NCBI GenBank assembly: GCA_963713605.1
Contig: CAVQMO010000003.1
Location: 32,001-96,000 of the forward strand
Direction: 5' to 3'
Source of the DNA: an uncultured Nitrososphaerales archaeon
GTDB lineage: Archaea; Thermoproteota; Nitrososphaeria; Nitrososphaerales; Nitrososphaeraceae
Length of the DNA: 64,000 bases
The notes under the pieces are model-generated. The model was given only the letters and a program-made list of their open reading frames with translations. It made no database searches and was not told the origin of the DNA. The translations under genes and the position numbers were made by a program. How positions within the stretch are numbered: the first letter of the stretch is position 1; every line of letters begins with the position of its first letter. Of the stretch, positions 59,588-64,000 are shown one piece after another.

Positions 59588-59770
59588 TCATTGCTCCTTC
59601 TCGATCCAAATTCTGCTACCTTCTTGCTTTACTCGGACATAGTCGCCCTTTCCTATCCCCAAGTCTAGGGCATATGACTTAGGAAGGATGATCGACAGTG
59701 AGTTTTCGCCGACTATACCCTGGACTTTTCTTATTGAATATGGATTACTCATAACTATCGATAAATTCAT
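59588..59770 (-). CDS. AbrB/MazE-family DNA-binding protein
   Basis: IRKVQGIVGENSLSIILPKSYALDLGIGKGDYVRV. Confidence 0.85.
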   Translation of the reverse strand: MNLSIVMSNPYSIRKVQGIVGENSLSIILPKSYALDLGIGKGDYVRVKQEGSRIWIEKEQ

Positions 59771-60033
59771 ATTCTATGAAAGAACTATGGGGTTGACACC
59801 GTTCGTGCCTCGCTTAAAAAGTTGTCTGGGATGCCCTAAATGTAATCAACAGGGAAGAACGATAGGAAAAAGGCCAGTGAAGAATCGTGTCCAGTTGCCT
59901 AACAAAGACACCATTATGAATCTCGAACCTATAGATCATAGGAAGGGAAATGGATGGCTTGTCAAGATGAAACTCTCTGCCGCTTTCGACTTCGGCAGCT
60001 AAGGTTTTTCTTGCACTTGAATCCCATGTCATA

Positions 60034-61161
60034 ATGTATCCTGATCCTTCTATCGAAAGAGACAGTATTCTTGCTAATACTCTATATAAAGATCTTCAAG
60101 CGGTTGATCCTCATACAGAAATACAGAGGGAACAATATGAGGCGAGATGGTTTGAGGATACTAAACATGAAAAAAGAATCTTGCAGAGAGTAAAAAATAA
60201 CATTGCAAATGATATGAAGCTAATGAAGAGCGCTTCAAACAGGTGTGAGAAAAGATACGCCGAGGCCGGTTATCAATGGTCTTTTATGGATTATCCTATA
60301 GAGCAGAGAATAAGGGCGCCTACTGCTGAGCACATGCATCTCTCGAGGTTTAGCATTAGCTTACGCTACGCTGCTATTCTTTTTACAGCACTCTCTCATC
60401 TTGCAAGAGAACGTAGATTACCTCCGCTTCTTGGATATTCTGAGTCTCTCTACGCACTTGCGATCTATAGTGTGTTTAACAGATTTAGGTATATTATAGA
60501 TGCGAGAAGCCGCAGAACCATGAAGGAGTGGTCAAGGACAATAGATACTAGGATAAAACATGGTTACAATGCCGCGGCTTCGCTAGCGAGAAATATGACT
60601 GCCCCGCTATGCAGCCGGTGTCACAGCCAGGGATTCAACAGCATCCCGCAAATGAGAATACTACATAAAGATGATGGTTCGTCCAAATGGTGTTGCACTC
60701 GTTGTGGGGGAACAGAAACTCTGCGAGTTCGGTTCACAGCGGAGAACATCAGGAAAAGAGAATGCAAGGTGGCATCAGATTTGGAATTATACATAGAAAA
60801 TGCACCGTTTTACGAGGATTTCAAGCAGATATTTTTGGCGTGCTTAGAGAATAGCAGCAAACTGAGGGAAGATCTTGCAAGGGAATTTGACAGACAAGAA
60901 ATCGAATCCAATAAGCTTTCATTCCATACTCGCTACTCGTTCTTCATCCAGCATTATGATCCAGTCAAAAAGGGCAAGAGAAGATGTTCTATCCCGAAGA
61001 ATGGTATCGTAGAAATCACTGTTAACGATTCAACCTACAGAGAATGCATTAGGTCGTTGGCCGACTTCGCCGACCGAATTGACACCAGAACGCGTAAGGT
61101 TAGAGGCTGTGTGTGCTGGTCGTTTGAAAGAGTTAAGGTTTCCAATGGAATATGCTTATGA
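60034..61161 (+). CDS. Hypothetical basic protein with a zinc ribbon
   Basis: 375 aa; CSRC...CTRCG. Confidence 0.65.
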   Translation: MYPDPSIERDSILANTLYKDLQAVDPHTEIQREQYEARWFEDTKHEKRILQRVKNNIANDMKLMKSASNRCEKRYAEAGYQWSFMDYPIEQRIRAPTAEHMHLSRFSISLRYAAILFTALSHLARERRLPPLLGYSESLYALAIYSVFNRFRYIIDARSRRTMKEWSRTIDTRIKHGYNAAASLARNMTAPLCSRCHSQGFNSIPQMRILHKDDGSSKWCCTRCGGTETLRVRFTAENIRKRECKVASDLELYIENAPFYEDFKQIFLACLENSSKLREDLAREFDRQEIESNKLSFHTRYSFFIQHYDPVKKGKRRCSIPKNGIVEITVNDSTYRECIRSLADFADRIDTRTRKVRGCVCWSFERVKVSNGICL

Positions 61162-61275
61162 TAAGGTTGAACATGATATGAAGATGCACCTTAGCAATCA
61201 CTAGAAGAAAGCTAAGAAGCAACCAAAATGTATGGCATCAAATAGCTTATTGTTCCTGTTTAAGGGATATAATGA

Positions 61276-62457
61276 TTAACCTGATTTCTGCCTGAGTATT
61301 TGAACTTCTCCCAGTAACTGATTGATCTTGTCGCTGAGGTTTGCAATGGCGTCTGTATTGATTTCATCTCGTTGCCTCAAGAGGCTTATCTCTTGTGCCT
61401 GTTCAGTCTCTAACCTATCTACTTGATTCCGTAGTCTGTGAGACTGTTCGATTGTCAGCAATGGAATAACACGTACGTACTCTGATAGACGATCCTCTTC
61501 GCTAGTCCTATCATAACTTGGGTCAGTACACGAAAGTCTATGACCGACGAGATACTCACGTGAATTGTAGTCAAGTTTTGCTTTGATTGCTTGGGCCACC
61601 CATGCTTTTCTTATTCCATGACTGCGTCTTACCTCAGTTGTCTTAACTCCTGAACGTTTGAGGACCTGCTCTACCAAGTGTAGTACCATCCTCTTAGACA
61701 GGGGCCGAGGTGAGTGAATACGAATCTTGTCGTTTACATTGAACTGTTCTCTGATTAGAGGACTTGTCCTTTTAGTAGTATCCTCACCAAATCCCTTTCT
61801 ATAATCCAGATATGCGTCTATCGCCTTAGCACATTCTGGAGTGCAGAATGTATAATAACGGTCATGTTTTGAATGGGCATAGACTTGAATCTTGTATAAA
61901 TCATATTCTAGAATCTTTGTTAGATGACCTATCTGCAATGAATGGATAGCACCTATCCTCATTCCAGTAGAAACCATAAGCAGAATGATTACTTTGGTTC
62001 GTTCATCAAAGCATTTATCTAAAATCTGTTGAATCTCTTCTGTGGTGTAGGGCCTATCTTCCTGTGTAGATTCGTCGGGTGGCAGGAACCTTTTGAACTT
62101 CTTTCGACTTGCTATTGAGATTGGAAAGTCGTTCAAGTCAAAGAAGTGCAGTATAGCAGCAATGTGAACCTCTATAGACATCCGTTTTAATCCTTCTGAG
62201 TCACGTAAATGCTTCACATAATCAACTATGAACGAGTCGATAATCTTTGGGTTATATTCTAGCAACACCTGCAGGTCATGAATCTTGGTATAATCTAGAA
62301 AATGTTTGAAGTTCCTACTGTAAGCAACTTTTGTGTCAGGAGACTGAAGTCCTTCTGTTACTGCATAGACTATCGAATAGTCTTCATCAAAGCTCATTAT
62401 TTGAGCATGATTTTTGGGAGATCCAACTTCAGCCTCAGCGCTTTGTTCTTGCTTCAT
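61276..62457 (-). CDS. Tyrosine recombinase/integrase, intact
   Basis: STGMRIGA (R), SHGIRK (HxxR), LVGH, DPSY (Tyr); SAM-like N-terminus. Confidence 0.92.
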   Translation of the reverse strand: MKQEQSAEAEVGSPKNHAQIMSFDEDYSIVYAVTEGLQSPDTKVAYSRNFKHFLDYTKIHDLQVLLEYNPKIIDSFIVDYVKHLRDSEGLKRMSIEVHIAAILHFFDLNDFPISIASRKKFKRFLPPDESTQEDRPYTTEEIQQILDKCFDERTKVIILLMVSTGMRIGAIHSLQIGHLTKILEYDLYKIQVYAHSKHDRYYTFCTPECAKAIDAYLDYRKGFGEDTTKRTSPLIREQFNVNDKIRIHSPRPLSKRMVLHLVEQVLKRSGVKTTEVRRSHGIRKAWVAQAIKAKLDYNSREYLVGHRLSCTDPSYDRTSEEDRLSEYVRVIPLLTIEQSHRLRNQVDRLETEQAQEISLLRQRDEINTDAIANLSDKINQLLGEVQILRQKSG

Positions 62458-62749
62458 AAAAGGTAACTAGCTATCGTTTAACTATTATTTATAGCCAATA
62501 TAACACGCTTGTAAAATAATTTATAACCAACATCAATAAAATGTCGAAATATGTAAGATCATAGGATTAATAGAACAAACCATTATCGAATCAATTGATT
62601 CTGAAGTTAATACTTCACTAACCCAGGCCGTAATCATTACAGAAGAATCGGTAGGTAATAATTCATTTGCACTTGCAAAATTCGGTGCAGGCCAAGGTTG
62701 AACCATTCTGCATTGACACTTGATTGGTTGACTAGCTAATGATCAATAT

Positions 62750-63210
62750 TCAAGCAGGTTCAAGCAGCTCTTGCTTTGCTATAAGAGCTATGCTTATCCT
62801 TTGAATATCATTTTGAAATCTGGTCACTTGTATTTGTAACTGATTAATCTGTGATTTAATCGGGTTTATAGATTGTAATTGTGACTTCCCTGCTTCTGCA
62901 CCTGTTGTCGACTTGGCCTGCTTCTGCTTTTGTAATGATTGAACTAGCATTGTTAATTTGTTGATCTGATTTCCCTGCTACTCTACCTCCTCTTCTGTTT
63001 CCGCTGGTTGGTTGTGGGTTCCTCTTGTGCCTGTTCCATCTCTTTGTTTTGCTCTTGAGGCTTTTCTTCTAGTGATTCTGCAACAGGTACTTCCGACAGA
63101 GATTTGGTTTTCTGTTACATCAAGTGAGGTTTGCCCTGCGACCCCTTCCTCCAACGGTTTATCCAGTTCTCCAGTCGTTTTAGGTCCTTCTTCTTTTTCC
63201 TCCCCGACAT
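62750..63210 (-). CDS. Hypothetical coiled-coil protein, frameshifted
   Basis: MSGEEKEEGPK... continuing into QINQLQIQVTRFQNDIQRI. Confidence 0.45.
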
Positions 63211-63417
63211 CCGAAGCGTTATAGCGCTAATAAGTTTTTGTCATCGCAACGAGTATCATGGATTTAAAGGTATTATTTGATTTTACAAGGTGGAAATCAC
63301 TACATTAAGGACAACGCTACAGAACATAAAGGAGTATGGGCGGTCGACTAAAACCCTGTTGGGCTATTCAGAGATATCGCTCGAAGTAGTCACATATAAG
63401 CTAACATTTTCAGAATG

Positions 63418-63432
63418 CTTATTGGAACCTAA
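63418..63432 (+). repeat. attR candidate
   Basis: CTTATTGGAACCTAA, identical to 30305-30319. Confidence 0.8.
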
Positions 63433-63525
63433 TCCATCCATCACCATCTATATAGATACTAGCTTGATTTGAATTTGATTCTTTTATAAAGAATCCTATC
63501 ACCTAGTTATTTGTCATCAATAGAA

Positions 63526-64000
63526 TTATCTAACATTTAGATATGTTTGATTTTCGTATAGGCGTCTGACTTTTTGCAATGTATCGATATCTGTAACATT
63601 TTTGTCACTTCGAACATTTTTTATCCTCGGAAACCGTAATGCAAAACCACTATCATGTCTATTGCTTTTTTGAATACCATCAAATGAAATCTCTAGTATC
63701 AATTCAGGTTTTACTACTATTCCATAACCATCATCTCTTATCATGATCGTCCTTAGTTTCTTTGTAATTATGCTTATTTCTTTATCAGTCAACCCAGAAT
63801 AAGCCTTTCCAATTATTCTTAATTGATTGCTATTATTTTCATCTCGCACTGCAAACGTATAATCAGATAAGACGCCTGCTCTCTTTCCATGACCATATTC
63901 AGCGATTACAATAACAGCGTCGATCGTATCCAATTCTTGTTTCAGTTTGATCCAGTATCGTCCTCTTTTTCCTGGATAATATTGTGACTCAGGCTCTTTC
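63526..64000 (-). CDS. ATP-dependent DNA ligase, C-terminal part
   Basis: YYPGKRGRYWIKLK (motif V), DAVIVIAEYGHGKR, ALRFPRI (motif VI). Confidence 0.93.
   Translation of the reverse strand, partial: KEPESQYYPGKRGRYWIKLKQELDTIDAVIVIAEYGHGKRAGVLSDYTFAVRDENNSNQLRIIGKAYSGLTDKEISIITKKLRTIMIRDDGYGIVVKPELILEISFDGIQKSNRHDSGFALRFPRIKNVRSDKNVTDIDTLQKVRRLYENQTYLNVR

Larger units (their letters stand above)
30305..63432. mobile_element. ~33 kb integrated element inserted in the 3' end of the PAC4-like gene
   Basis: Exact 15-bp direct repeat CTTATTGGAACCTAA at both ends; integrase 48 bp inside the left repeat; second integrase ~1 kb inside the right repeat; accessory content between conserved genes. Confidence 0.8.

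Noticed and set aside
62458..62750. Separate att site for the intact integrase (nested element)
   Set aside because: No convincing direct repeat or tRNA found by eye
1..64000. Widespread frameshifts as programmed recoding or mass pseudogenisation
   Set aside because: Single-base indels also hit a housekeeping-type permease; most simply long-read error, unresolvable without reads

Overview
AT-rich archaeal DNA. The gene set (PAC2 and PAC4-like proteasome chaperones, P-II, cupredoxin, many BNR/secreted paralogues, winged-helix regulators) points to a soil ammonia-oxidising archaeon (Nitrososphaeraceae). Many ORFs carry single-base frameshifts, so real pseudogenes cannot be told from long-read errors. 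Left part (1-30 kb): a degraded integrase-associated accessory region next to the PAC2 gene containing a tandem set of five hairpin units, each with its own TATA-like box (candidate sRNA array, 1163-1851); then PiT/PPK2/P-II, thioredoxin, a Zn/Mn ABC transporter, a GH1 glycosidase and a short block of conserved genes. Right part: a ~33 kb integrated element bounded by an exact 15-bp direct repeat (CTTATTGGAACCTAA, 30305-30319 and 63418-63432) that is the 3' end of the PAC4-like gene. It carries two tyrosine integrases (one intact), an AbrB regulator, a fused type IIB (Topo VIII-like) topoisomerase and repeated TerS-like/TerL-like genes and fragments, with no recognisable capsid, portal or tail genes. 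Secreted cargo is interleaved, including a surface-protein family with exchangeable C-terminal domains. The window ends in an ATP-dependent DNA ligase.
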